A stretch of 64,000 bases of DNA from Octopus sinensis (Eukaryota). Of the stretch, positions 24,415-36,750 are shown in pieces. Every line of letters starts with the position of its first letter. The first letter of the stretch is position 1. Both the position numbers and the translations under genes were made by a program. The notes under the pieces were generated by a model. The model did no database searches. It saw only the letters and a program-made list of their open reading frames with translations, and had not been told where the DNA came from. Where the stretch lies: contig NC_043011.1 in assembly GCF_006345805.1 (NCBI RefSeq), forward strand, positions 52,650,464 to 52,714,463, given 5' to 3'.

Positions 24415-24955
24415 ATGGTCTGTCCGGAGAGTTCATGCTGATTTATAGAAGCTTACCTTTTGACTTATTTTAGAACATGGTTGAATCCATAAAATAGAAC
24501 ACAGTTTAAGCTATCTTTTCGTGGAAGAAGGTTTATGTTCCTATAACCTATGTTAATTTTGTAACCCTTTAAAATGGAAGATAAGAAAGTTCATTTTTGG
24601 CACTTGATGCTTTGGGAACCAGACAAAAATTGCTGCAGCTCAGCTGGGATGTTACCCCACCCTCCATATTCACCAGATATTGCTCCTTCGGATTTCTACT
24701 TGTTCAGGTCTCTGTAGAATAGTCTTAATGGTAAAAATTTCAATTCCTTGGATGACGTAAAAAAATACCTTGATGAATTCTTTGCCATGAAACCACCTCA
24801 GTTCTCAGAAGGGAGTATTTTCAAGTTAAAGGAAAGATGGAGACGCACTGTGCAACAAAATGGTTCAGATTTGGTTGATTAAAAATGTAATGACAAGTAT
24901 TTATTGACCTTTTTCTTTCCTTTAAAAATCGGCATGAACTTTCTGGACAACCCAA
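24415..24955 (+). mobile_element. Short non-autonomous mariner derivative
   Basis: Degenerate TIRs TA|ATGGTCTGTCCGGAGAGTTCATGC and GCATGAACTTTCTGGACAACCCAA|TA. C-terminal transposase remnant SPDIAPSDFYLFRSL...RWRRTVQQNG. Confidence 0.85.
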
Positions 24956-24963
24956 TAGAAAGG

Positions 24964-25010
<47 letters not shown>

Positions 25011-25692
25011 CAAGGTGATGAACTGACAGAATCATAAGCATGCCAGGTAAAATGCTTAGCAGCACTTCATCCATCTTCACATTCTATTTAAAATTCTGCT
25101 GAGGTCAACTCTGCCTTTCATCCTTTCAGGGTGGATAAAATAAGTACCAGTTTAGCACTGGGGTTAATGTTATCAACTTAACTCCTCCACCCAATTTGCT
25201 GGCCTTCTGTTAAAATTTGAAACCAATATGTGCTCTGTCATCTCTCTCTTGTTCTTCCTATGTCAACTGTGTTATAATCATTATCCTGTTACTGCTTCTC
25301 CTGTTCCTGCTCCCTCTACCCAAAAGAGTAGTGATTCATGTCTAGTCTCTTGTACTCAAATTGTGTCTGTAACTAAAATATTCATATTTACATTAAATAT
25401 GTACCAGAAGCAACAACTTGCTTTAAACAATGGAAACACTGCAAAATAAACAAGTGTTTTGTAACGCAACAGTGTTGAATTCAAGGCCATCTGTTAGCTT
25501 GGAGAAGATTATGGGGAACAACTCCAGAATGTATTCCTCCATCCCCACCATAAGACTATGACCAAAATGGATTTATGGGACTAACTTACAGCACTCTCAC
25601 TCCTCTTCTGCTGACTGAGGTTATTCTGCAATCAAACCCATGGAGTTTACAAGAGGTAAACCTCAATCTATATCAGGGCTAATTGGAGTTAA

Positions 25693-25913
25693 ACCTTTAG
25701 TGTTCGCATTATTCTGCCAAAATTAATCCTTTTTAATCGACATCGTTTTGAACTAATCATGCATTATCTTGTAGCTATGAGATTTTGATGAGGTAGCTGT
25801 TAATTTTTAAAACGATATTGTAGGGCTGGTGTGAGAGACCAGATCTGGCCAGTTTGAACATAAAACAGACAGAATACTTCTGGCCGGATATGGCCGGTTT
25901 AAATGCTAAAGGG
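25693..25913. mobile_element. piggyBac-type MITE, family B
   Basis: TTAA|ACCTTTAGTGTT...AATGCTAAAGGG|TTAA. Other copy at 47238-47437; decayed copies near 8130, 10650, 17885, 30866 and 35425. Confidence 0.8.
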
Positions 25914-26043
25914 TTAAACAATAATCTAACCATAATTTATAGGATATATTATGTCTTAATTTACTTGAATTAAGCTGAAGATGTACAACTAAATATATTC
26001 ACGAAGAAAATTACTTCTTAAGGAAAAGAAAGCTACTACTTAC

Positions 26044-26230
26044 CTGGTTCCTCTGTCGATGGCTTTAGATAAGGCACCTGTCTGGCGACTGAGATGGAAG
26101 TTCAGGTCCAAGTTGTGTAAATGAAGAAATACATTGCGAGCAACTTCTCGTATGGAATTGTGTGATACTTTGGCAAAGACAGCATTGCGGAGTTCATTAA
26201 AGCCACTGGCACCGGCCCGAGCTATACCAT
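26044..26230 (-). CDS. ABCB7: ABCB7 exon 5
   Basis: 187 nt, tcatag|..|gtaagt. (Y)[21 protein letters not shown]...[18 protein letters not shown](R). Confidence 0.97.
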
Positions 26231-26335
26231 CTATGATGAAAGCAAGCAATTATAAGAGACTGAAACAAGTCAATAAAAAACAGTTAATAGAAACAGCTGC
26301 CTCGCAAATAACGGGAGGAAATAAATAAAATTATA

Positions 26336-26618
26336 TCTTTATATATAAAAGTCAAGTTGTGTGTCTGTCTCCTACGATTTAGATTCCTAACTACTCCCAC
26401 ATTTTGCGGTGCAGCGTAACCAAAAGCAGGTATCTTATAGTCGTGATTCATATCGAGCCCTTCTGGGTACGATAAGTCTACGATTTTAAAAATAATTTAC
26501 GATCATTTTTTTTCCATTTTTAATGCATTTTTTTGCTATTTTTTGGCTATAACTCTCTAAAAATGCTTATATAGTTATTTCCCTTACAAACCCGAGCAAC
26601 GCCGGGCGATACTGCTAG
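26336..26618 (+). mobile_element. Non-autonomous Helitron
   Basis: A|TCTTTATATATAAAAG 5' end. Subterminal hairpin CCCGAGCAACGCCGGG at 26591-26606. CTAG|T 3' end. No TSD. Confidence 0.8.
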
Positions 26619-27019
26619 TAACTTATATATGGGTAAAATAATCCTTTCTACTATTTTTTTTTATGCATGAAAAATTACCTTGCAGTGAATATTACGCTTG
26701 GAGACAACCAACAAGTTTACCACAATTCCAACTGGTATTTTGTTTTATTTTTTACCAGTCTAGCATTGACAGAATTGTCAGGATGGAAGGACACACTGTA
26801 ACTGCTATAGAACCTAAACCATCACTAACAAAACTCATACTATAGCAGCGCCAACATCACCATCACTACCATTATGCCAAACATTATGTAACTACCACCC
26901 CTAACATGATACCATACTATTTCCCTACTATTACTACACCCCATGTAACTACACTCACCATATGTCATGCCAGATTACAACCCAACTTCAAAGAGCCCAA
27001 TACCTCCACCTAATACCTA

Positions 27020-27248
27020 TTTCTTTATTACCCACAAGGGGCTAAACACAGAGGGGACAAACAAGGACAGACATAGGTATTAAGTCGATTACATCGACCC
27101 CAGTGCGTAACTGGTACTTAATTTATTGACCCCGAAAGGATGAAAGGCAAAGTCGACCTCGGCGGAATTTGAACTCACAACGTAATGGCAGACGAAATGC
27201 GGCTACACATTTTGCCCCGTGTGCTAACGTTTCTGCCAGCTCGCTGCC
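27020..27248 (-). mobile_element. tRNA SINE (8315 family)
   Basis: Family match. Confidence 0.85.
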
Positions 27249-27508
27249 TTATCCGCCACCTAATACTATCACTGTAAAGAAGCTTACTACAACTCACACT
27301 ACTATCACGCAGAAGAGCCAACCAACACCAAAGGAAGAATCCTACCACTACTATCACCACATAAAATAAGGAGCTATACTACCACCACACTCAAGTGTTC
27401 ACAACCATTGCACCTTACCATTCCATAGTACATTGATAAAAATATAAAACTAAAATGAAAGTGAGATATTTGAAGCTGAAACATCAATAAGACAACTGAC
27501 ATACTTAC

Positions 27509-27638
27509 AGGCAATAATTAATGATGTGGACACAGTGATAATGGTCGAAGGAGCATCAATCAGGCTGAGATATTCCTCTGAGCCATTCAAATTGTCAATG
27601 ATGTATTTGAAAAGAAATGGCACTTGGACCAACAATAG
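27509..27638 (-). CDS. ABCB7: ABCB7 exon 4
   Basis: 130 nt, ctgcag|..|gtaagt. LLLVQVPFLFKYIIDNLN...DAPSTIITVSTSLIIA. Confidence 0.95.
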
Positions 27639-28037
27639 CTGCAGGCAGAAAGACAGAGGGAGGATTATAGACTGATACAGAGAGGACATAAGGTAACAGA
27701 CATAAATAATGATTTCAAGTTTTGGCACAGAGCCAGCATGTTCAGGGCAGTGGGTAAGTCGATTATATTGACCCCAATACTCAACTGGTAATTATTTTAT
27801 CAATCCCATAAAGAATGAAAGACTAAGTTAACCATGGTAGAATTTGAACTCGGGTTGAAATGTTGTTAAGCATTTTGCCTAGCATGATATCGATTCTGTT
27901 AGCTTGCCACACTAAACAGACATATAGACCCAAACTGAAAGTTTAACTTCATTAGCCAAACCATTAACCAAATCCAGTTAGTTCAAGCGTCCCATAAGGA
28001 GGACAAGAAATAGCTTTGGATAATACCCTTCCTTCTC

Positions 28038-28225
28038 ATCATCATCATCGTCGTTTAACGTCCGTTCTCCATGCTAGCATGGGTTGGACGGTTCGACCGG
28101 GGATCTGGGAAGCCAGAAGGCTGCACCAGGCTCCAGTCTTATCTGGCAATGTTTCTACAGCTGGATGCCCTTCCTAACGCCAACCACTCCGTGAGTGTAG
28201 TGGGTGCTTTTTACGTGCCACCTGC
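28038..28225 (-). mobile_element. RTE 3'-end copy, about 40 nt inside intron 3
   Basis: (CAT)n tail and family match. Confidence 0.85.
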
Positions 28226-28267
28226 ACTAAAAAAAAAAAAAAAACAAGAGCTTGTGATAAATCTTAC

Positions 28268-28471
28268 CTTTGAACTGATAAGTAACAAGATGGCAATTGA
28301 AACCCTCACTTTGATGTTCCACTTGCCTTTCGGCCACACATGCTTGCTGATTGCTCTGATGATATCAATTCCAGTCACTTCTTTTGCATTTTTTAAACTG
28401 ATAGAGTTTGTCGATCCAATTGATGCACCGGGATGAAAACATCCTCTCTTTCCAAGGGTCACTGGAAATTG
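28268..28471 (-). CDS. ABCB7: ABCB7 exon 3
   Basis: 204 nt, atacag|..|gtaaga. QFPVTLGKRGCFHPGAS...IIRAISKHVWPKGKWNIKVRVSIAILLLISSK. Confidence 0.93.
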
Positions 28472-28530
28472 CTGTATAGCAAAATAGAAATACATTTTTC
28501 AGCTGATCATAAACCATTCATAATTAGCAT

Positions 28531-28942
28531 TCTTTACTCTCTTTTTACTCTTTACTCTTTTACTTGTTTCAGTCATTTGACTGCGGCCATGCTGGAGCAC
28601 TGCCTTTAATCGAGCAACTCGACCCCGGGACTTATTCTTTGTAAGCCCAGTACTTATTCTATCGGTCTCTTTTGCTGAACCGCTAAGTAACGGGGACATA
28701 AACACACCAGCATCGGTTGTCAAGCAATGCTAGGGGTACAAACACGCACACACACATATATATATATATACACATATATACAACGGGCTTCTTTCAGTTT
28801 CCGTCTACCAAATCCACTCACAAGGCTTTGGTCGGCCCGGGGCTATAGCAGAAGACACTTGCCCAAGGTGCCACGCAGTGGGACTGAACCCGGAACCATG
28901 TGGTTGGTAAACAAGCTACTTACCACACAGCCACTCCTGCAC
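28531..28942 (-). mobile_element. CORE-type SINE, young
   Basis: Family match, CpGs largely intact. Confidence 0.88.
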
Positions 28943-29251
28943 CTTGGTACTTTACATTGGTACTTTATAAAGGACTAACCTTTTTTTTTAAGGAAGGGAT
29001 GTATAGTTGATAGAACAGACAACTTGTATAGAGCTAGTATTACTTTTAAGGGGACAACTTTGATTTATGAATGCAGTAACAAATAAATACCGTAAGAGAT
29101 TTTGTCCAGTAATCTACCAAATCTGGATAGTCACAGCAACAACAACACCACTACCATCAAATATAGTATCCTTTGTCTCATCATTAATCTATCACTTGCT
29201 CCAACCCAAGCTAATATTTAAGACAATCAAGTCAAAGATTTTTATACAAAC

Positions 29252-29335
29252 CCTTTTAAAAAGTTTACTGAACTGTGTAAACAATGAAGACTTCAAAGTC
29301 TTAGGACTTTTCACTTTTCCAGTGGAACCTCTGAC
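29252..29335 (-). CDS. ABCB7: Probable ABCB7 exon 2 (transit-peptide region)
   Basis: 84 nt, tttgcag|..|gtttgt, phase 0/0. VRGSTGKVKSPKTLKSSLFTQFSKLFKR is basic and Ser/Thr-rich. Not a conserved region, so support comes from splice sites and phase only. Confidence 0.65.
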
Positions 29336-29359
29336 CTGCAAATAATAATAATAATAATA

Positions 29360-29394
<35 letters not shown>

Positions 29395-31449
29395 AATGGT
29401 TTCAAATTTTGGAACAAAGCCAGCAAGTTCGGGGTGTGGGGAGTATGTCGATTACATTGACCCCAGTGCTCAACTGGTACTTATACCTTATCAACCCTGA
29501 AAAGATGGAGAGCAAAACTGACCTTGGCAGAATTTGAACTCAGAATGTAAAGATGAATGAAATGCCGCTAAGCATTTTGCCTGGCACAGTAATGATTCTA
29601 CCAGCTGGTCATAAGTGGGCTGGTTACACCTCTGGCATAGGCCACAAGGTTATGGTCTCACTTGAGCTTGCCGAGTCTTCTCAAGCACAGCATATTTCCA
29701 AAGGTCCCGGTCACTAGTCTATATATATATGTATATATATATATATATATACTGGAGAAAGGGAGGGAAAATTGTTTGGAGTGTTTACTTCTGGTCTTTG
29801 GTATTCTGGGAAGAGTACAAGGAGGTAGTGCTTTGAAATACATTGCCACCCGAGCTGAACTCCACTAAAAGCACCCAAGGGCCAGATAGTGGTATCAAGT
29901 CAGGCAGTATCACATGTCTATCACCTCCTTAGAAAAAGGGGAACATTTTCTACATCACATATAACATGACTTCATCATATTAGAAGAGTGACAGGAGGAA
30001 TAATGAGTTTGCAGGATTGATATATTTTGTCTTAACCATAGCAGCAGTAGCAGTAGCAATAGTAGTAATAACTTGTTACTGTTATCAACAGTGCGGTTAG
30101 TATTTTGTGTCAATGATATGAATATTCATACAGTAATCATTTTCTTATCTCATTTAATGAATTATACACATGTTTGTGCAACTAATGTTGCTTTTTTTTT
30201 GTTGCTATAAACTCTGTCCTGTTTATGGCTAATTTTGGGAGGCATTTCAATTTGTTGTGTACACCATGTTTTTATCAACAAGACATGCACACAGAAAAAA
30301 AAAAAACTCAAAAAAAAAACCCCCCAGACCTTAAAGCATTACTCAGTATGAGAAAAATGTTTCCAGCTCTTTTGTAGAACAATCCAAAAAGGAATAATTT
30401 TCTGTCAGTAAGACAGTGGTAATAAACCAAAATTTTGCAAGTTACAATTATAAGAATCCTGTATACTAAACTTTTGAGGGAGGGGCGCTAGTCAATTACA
30501 TCAATCCCAATATTCAACAGGTACTTGTTTCACTGATTCTGAAAAGATGAAACGTAAAGTCAACCTTGGCAGAATTTGAACTCAGAATGTAAAACTGGAA
30601 GAAATGCTTCAAAGGATTTTGCTACTAAGGTCCGCTGTCTTGATAATAATGATGATGATGGTTCCAAATTTGGGCACAAAGCCAGCAATCTTAGGGGAAG
30701 GGATATGTTGATTACATTAACTCTAATGCTTAACTGGTACTTATTTTATCAACCCTGAAAGGATGAAAGGCAAAGTTGACCTCGGTGGAATTTGATTGAA
30801 CCCAGGATGTAAAACTGAAGGAAATGCTACTAAGCGTTTTTCCTGGCATGCTAACAAAAGCAAAACTTATTTATTCACATTGTTTTGCATTAATCAGGTA
30901 ATGTCTCGTAGCTACAAAACTTTGATGATGTAATTATTTAGTTTTAGAATGATATTGTAGAGTAAGGTATGAGAAGCCAAATATGACCAGTTTGAACTAA
31001 AAACAGGTAGAATAATTTACCCAGATATGATTAGTTTAAATGCTAACAGGTTTAATGCTTCTTTCAGTGGCTTGCTGAGGGTTGGTTATGAGTTTTGAGT
31101 GAAGAACAAATCTTTACTTTTCATTCTTTTGAAGTTGATAAAATAAGTACCAGTTAAGAACTGGGAACTAATGTAATTATTTTACCCCTCCCCTAAAAAT
31201 TGCTTGCTATGTGCCAAAATTTGAAACCATGGCAGCAAGCTGGCAGAAACAGCACACAGGACACAGGTCAAAATGCTTCTCAGCATTTCTTATGACTTAA
31301 CATTTCTGAGTTCAGGTTCCATCAAGGTCACCTTTGCTTTTCATCCTTTCAGGATCAATATAATCAACTACCCTCCACCTTCAAAATTCCAGGCCTTGTG
31401 CTTATCATAGAAAGAATTATTATCATCAAAAGCAGATTGTTGAGAATTC

Positions 31450-31840
31450 AGTACAGATGGGCATGACATGTTTGAATGCAAAATAACTGCATTGCAAAAA
31501 TTCTTTTGTGTGTTCAACAAGTGGAGAGGTTTCCTGGTAAAGGAAGACCCATCCTTAGGTATAGGGAGACGTTGAAACAATCACTATAAGCACTACAACT
31601 TAATTTAAGATTTGGGGAAGTTATTGCCTAGATTGATCTGCATGGCATAAAATGTGTCATAATGCATTTAAACAATTTGAGTTGAAGAAACAGAACAATA
31701 AAAGAATTATATCCTGCAATCAACAGACACATTTGTCCAATCCCAAGCAAAATCAAAATCATCATTGTCCTCATTGTGACTTCATAGCAAAGTCCATACC
31801 TGGACTCAAATTACATTCATGCATCCATTGTGAATAAATG
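31450..31840 (+). mobile_element. Degenerate RTE-clade LINE C-terminus with C2H2 finger
   Basis: WESYCLD*SAWHKMCHNAFKQFE...CPHCDFIAKSIPGLKLHSCIH fits the RTE WE..A.DR..WR / CxxC..S..GL..H...H terminus. Confidence 0.6.
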
Positions 31841-34424
31841 CAGCTTCTTTAGTTTTTTAATCCTTTTTTTTTTAAATCTTCTTTCTAAAACTCATTTGTC
31901 AAAATTGTCAGAGGTGACTTTATCAGTTGAGCACTGGGGGGGTCTCAATCCTCCCCAAAATTTCTGACCTTGTGCCAAAGTTTGAAACCATTATTATTAT
32001 TATTATTATGAAGGCAGTGAGCTGGCAGGCTTGTTAGCATGCCAGGAAAAATGCTTAGTAGCATTTCCTTCAGTTTTACATCCTGGGTTCAATCAAATTC
32101 CACCGAGGTCAACTTTGCCTTTCATCCTTTCAGGGTTGATAAAATAAGTACCAGTTAAGCATTAGAGTTAATGTAATCAACATATCCCTTCCCCTTTCAG
32201 GGTTGATAAAACATTAACAGGAACAAGTTATTACTACTATTGCTACTGCTACTACTGCTGCTATGGTTAAGACAAAACATATCCCTTCCCTTTTCAGGTT
32301 GATAAAATAAGTACCAGTAATCTGAATGCTGAAGGGTTAAAGTCCATCATTACTAATCCACTACTACTGCCAAACTGTTAAGATAACTACTACTGGAAAA
32401 GAACACACATCTGCTAAGAATTGAACAACTCAAATCCATCATAGTCCATTTTGTTACCATGTCACATTTTCTGACACCTAAGGCCATCAAATGCCTTCAT
32501 GTCACTATCAGAGAATGATCAAGTGCCATTTTCACTGCTAGGTTGTCAGTCATGATACCTTTTCTAATTTACTTACAAGCTGCTCTTCTAATCTGGGATT
32601 TGAACTTTGAATGCTCTTGAAGCAGCTATCTGATAGAATCATAAGCACACCAGGCAAAATGCTTAGTGGCATTTTGGCTGTCTTTGTGTTCTGAGTTCAA
32701 ATTCTGCTGAGGTTGATGTTGGCTTTCATTCTTTCAGGGTCAATAAAATAAGTACCAGTCAAGCACTGGAGTCGATGCAATTGACTTTCTCCTCCTCTTG
32801 AAAACTGATAGCCCTGTGCTAAAATTTGGGACCATTATCTCTAGTGCTCTTAATTGCCCTATGTTATTTTCAGGCATAATGTATTTATATGCTGTTCCTC
32901 TTTTAAGATGGTAGGGTGTAATCTGAAGGTGATTTAGCTTATAAGTTACATGAAGCAGCAGTAGCAGTAGTCCTCCTGCTGGTAGTGGTGGTGGTAGTGG
33001 CAACAAGTTTTGCTTTAATTTGTTAATCCAAATAGGTTATGCAATATCTGTACTGTCTACAAGTGTCAACATTGACTGTAGTTCTTGTTGAAGTTGTTTA
33101 TTGTTGTTGTTAACACAATAGGTTTTCTTAGAATTTCTCCTACAACAATTCCCGATATATTGCAATGTAAACCAATTAAACACATGTCTATAATACAGTG
33201 TCTCTGCTATTTATAACAAGGTCTATACACGAACTAATGAATGAGAGAGCCTCCATATGGTCACTGGCACGCTGTCAGTTACGATGACACAGGTTCCAGC
33301 TGATCCAATCAATGGAACAGCCTGCTCTTGAAATTAACGTGCAAGTGGCTGAGCACTCCACAGACACATAAACCCTTCATGTAGTTCACAAAGAGATTCA
33401 GCATGACACAATGTGACATGGCCAGCCTTTTGAATTACAGGTACACCTCATTTTTGCCAGCTGGAGCAATGTGAAATAAAGTGTCTTGCTCAAGGTCACA
33501 ATGCACAGCCAGGAATTGAACTCACGATCATACAATTGTGAGTAGATTACCTCAAACACTAAGCCACGTGCCTTCATGGTCACTAGAACTGCTAGAAATA
33601 GAAGCCAAATTACTTTAAGCATATATTACACAGTTTTGAATGGGATAAATGGATACACTGGATAATGTAGTCTGAGACAGTGCCAATTAATTGTGTCAAG
33701 CATAAATCTTTCTCTCCAGACATTCCATAATTGATTATACCAATAAGTTATTAATCCTATTAATTGTTGGATGAAAAGAAAAATGGAGTTGTAATGTATA
33801 TATATTCTAATCTCTGGGCATTGTTAATTAAAAAACTTTTTCAAAAAATGAAACCTAGCTTTGATTCAGACTTGGCACAGCAACTAATAATTATTAGTTG
33901 ACCTAACGATAATAGTTAAAGCTAATCTCTCTCAGGCCCAGTGTTGTGTGAAATCAGCCGTAACCAAACCATATCATGTCACACTCAAGTTATGCATTCA
34001 TAATTTGTTTTACATTTTTAATAGTTTACTAATTGCTATAATTTAAACATTCTTTCACATATTAATAACAAAACTAAATGACATTTCCAGAACCAGTTTT
34101 CCTCTCTGGAGCCAGAATATAAAACTGAACAATTATCTACCCTCTTCAAGACGCAGGTGTAATCCTCATTAGCAAACAACTTATATAGTAAACTGACTAT
34201 TTCAATAAATTGAAATACCTACTTACCATATAACATTTATGGCTGAGTACTTCACAAACGTGTCTTTTTGTAACCATTAGGTAAATTGAGTGTCATAATT
34301 GAAAATGAGCGCAGAGAAATAATTGAAAGAAACCAGTATCCATGTTTTCAAACAACATGGATAAGTACAGGTATATCAAACACCATATAACATAAATTTT
34401 TGATTTATTAAAATTATCTCCACA

Positions 34425-34822
34425 GGTGCAGGCATGTTTGTGTGATAAGAAACTTGCTTCCCAGCCACACGATTCCAGGTTCAGTCCCACTGCATGCCAC
34501 CTTGGGCAAATGTCTTCTGCTATGGTCTTACACTGACCAAAGCCTTGCGAGTGGATTTAGTAGGTGGAAACTGAAAGAAGCCCATCCTATATATATATAT
34601 GTATATGTATCTATGTGTGTGTGTCTTTGTGTTTGTCCTCCACCACTGCTGGACAACTGGTGTTGGTGTGTTTATGTCCCTGTAACTAAGCCGTTTGGTA
34701 AAAGAGATTGATAGAATAAGTACTAGGTTTAAAAAAAAGTCCTGGGGTCGACTTCTCCGACTACAACTCTTCAAGGCAGAGCTCCAGCATGGCTGTAGTC
34801 TAATGACTGAGACAAGTAAAAG
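34425..34822 (+). mobile_element. CORE-type SINE
   Basis: Family match. Confidence 0.8.
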
Positions 34823-36555
34823 AATCCGGAGGATGCTATCAAATGGCAATGAAAACTAGTTCCACACGAAAAGGGAGTGATAATCTAATCTCAGGAATCA
34901 AGAATTCTTCAAAGTTGAGAAGCCATTAAAGAAAAGGACAAGCTTATTTTCTGGAGCTAAGAGGACAGTCATTTATGCATTTTTCTAGCTCAATAGCTGT
35001 TATCAGCACAGCAATTGCCCAACCATATCTCTTGGTGCTTTAAACTACAGCTAGTCCTTCCAATGGTTTTCTAGTTTCTGCCAATTCAATTTCACTTCAC
35101 AAGGCTTCAGTCTGGTAGCACAATGAACACTTCATTCAACCACATCTATATCCCTATATCTATCACACACAGACACACTCTCTCTCTCTCATGCACCACA
35201 TCACAAAATAATTTTAATGTGGAGCTGATTATATAAACTCTATTTCCTTCATTTATGTGATATTTGATTTTTAAAAATTTAGTCTGTTAAGGAAGGGCAA
35301 TGGTTATAACCTTTAAAGGCCATCTCAAGCTGGAAATGCTGTACGTTGGTGGTATTATTCTGAGAAAAATGTAGGCATGGAAAGAATTCCTAAAAGTTGC
35401 ACTTTTAATCATTTAATATGTAATCCTTTAGCATTCAGCTTATTCTCTCAATTGTAATGCTTATTTATTGTTTTGAATTTATCATGTATTATCTCATGGC
35501 TTCAAGATTTTGATAATTAATTTAAGGATAACAATTAAGAAAAAAAAACGAAAGGCTAAAACGAAAGCAAAAACTCAAAACAAAAACAAAACGAATAATT
35601 TTAGACACACGCGTAACAATTAAATTAATTTAACAATTAAGAAAAAAGAAACGAAAGGCTAAAATTTAGGGTGAGGGTTAGTGACAGGATGTTGTCTCAG
35701 TTTTAGGCACAGCAAATGATTTTAGCTCAATAGAGGCCATAGGATTGGTTAAAATTCGAAAAATTAAACTACGTTAAACTTTAAAATTACAATTTTCTCA
35801 AGAAAGCCAAGAGAAAAATTTTTTTTATTTTGACACATTCTACCAGTATACGAAGTTTAAAAGTGTTTAGTTAATTAGAAATTGTGTTGAAAACTGCCGT
35901 TCAAAAGGAAAAGATCCCTGTTTTCTCTTAAAGGGTACATGATCAAGAAACGAGTGCCTTCCTATTTCAGTATTTACAACAGTAGATAATCTGTATATTA
36001 TGATATAGTTTCATTTTTTAATATTTCATTTTATTAACATATAAAGCGCGATAGGCGACGACCGTGGACATTAGGCACAGGTCAACAGGCGACGATCGTG
36101 GCCCAGATAGATGCATTTGATTTAGGGGCGTTTGTTGAAATGTCAGTCAAAAAATAGTTCAACTAATGTCTTTTCAGATGATGTAAAACTTGCCACATTA
36201 TATACTAAGAAGATATTTAAACTATTTTTTGTTTTTTATGTGTGCATGGTAGTTGTCATTTTCATGAAATGTGCTCAGCAGTCCATGCTATGTGAGTGCA
36301 AATCCCAGCGCTTTATGGGTTAAAGCGGCGTGCTGAAGAATCTTTAGCACGCCGGGCTTAGCGGCACTTCGTCTGTATTTACGTTCTGAGTTCAAATTCC
36401 GCCGGAGTTGACTTTGACTTTCATCCTTTCGGGTCGATAAAATAAGTACCAGTTAAACACTGAGGATCGGTTTAATCGACTTAGCCTCTCCCCAAACCTG
36501 TTGGCCTTGTGCCATATATATATATATTATATATATATATATGTGTGTGTGTGTG

Positions 36556-36750
36556 TGCAGGTGGCACGTAAAAAGCACCCACTACACTTACGGAGTGGTT
36601 GGCGTTAGGAAGGGCATCCAGCTGTAGAAACATTGCTAGATAAGACTGGAGCCTGGTGTAGCCATCTGGCTTCCCAGATCCCCGGTCGAACCGTCCAACC
36701 CATGCTAGCTTTGAGAACGGACGTTAAACGATGATGATGATGATGATGAT
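36556..36750 (+). mobile_element. RTE 3'-end copy
   Basis: ggacgttaaacgatgatgat tail. Confidence 0.85.

Noticed and set aside
31652-31837. C2H2 zinc-finger ORF (tempting given the octopus ZNF expansion)
   Set aside because: Single finger preceded by degenerate RTE C-terminal motifs with stops; no TGEKP linkers.
35664-35682. Telomere-like tttagggtgagggttag
   Set aside because: Only 2-3 imperfect units inside an AT-rich repeat; not an interstitial telomere.
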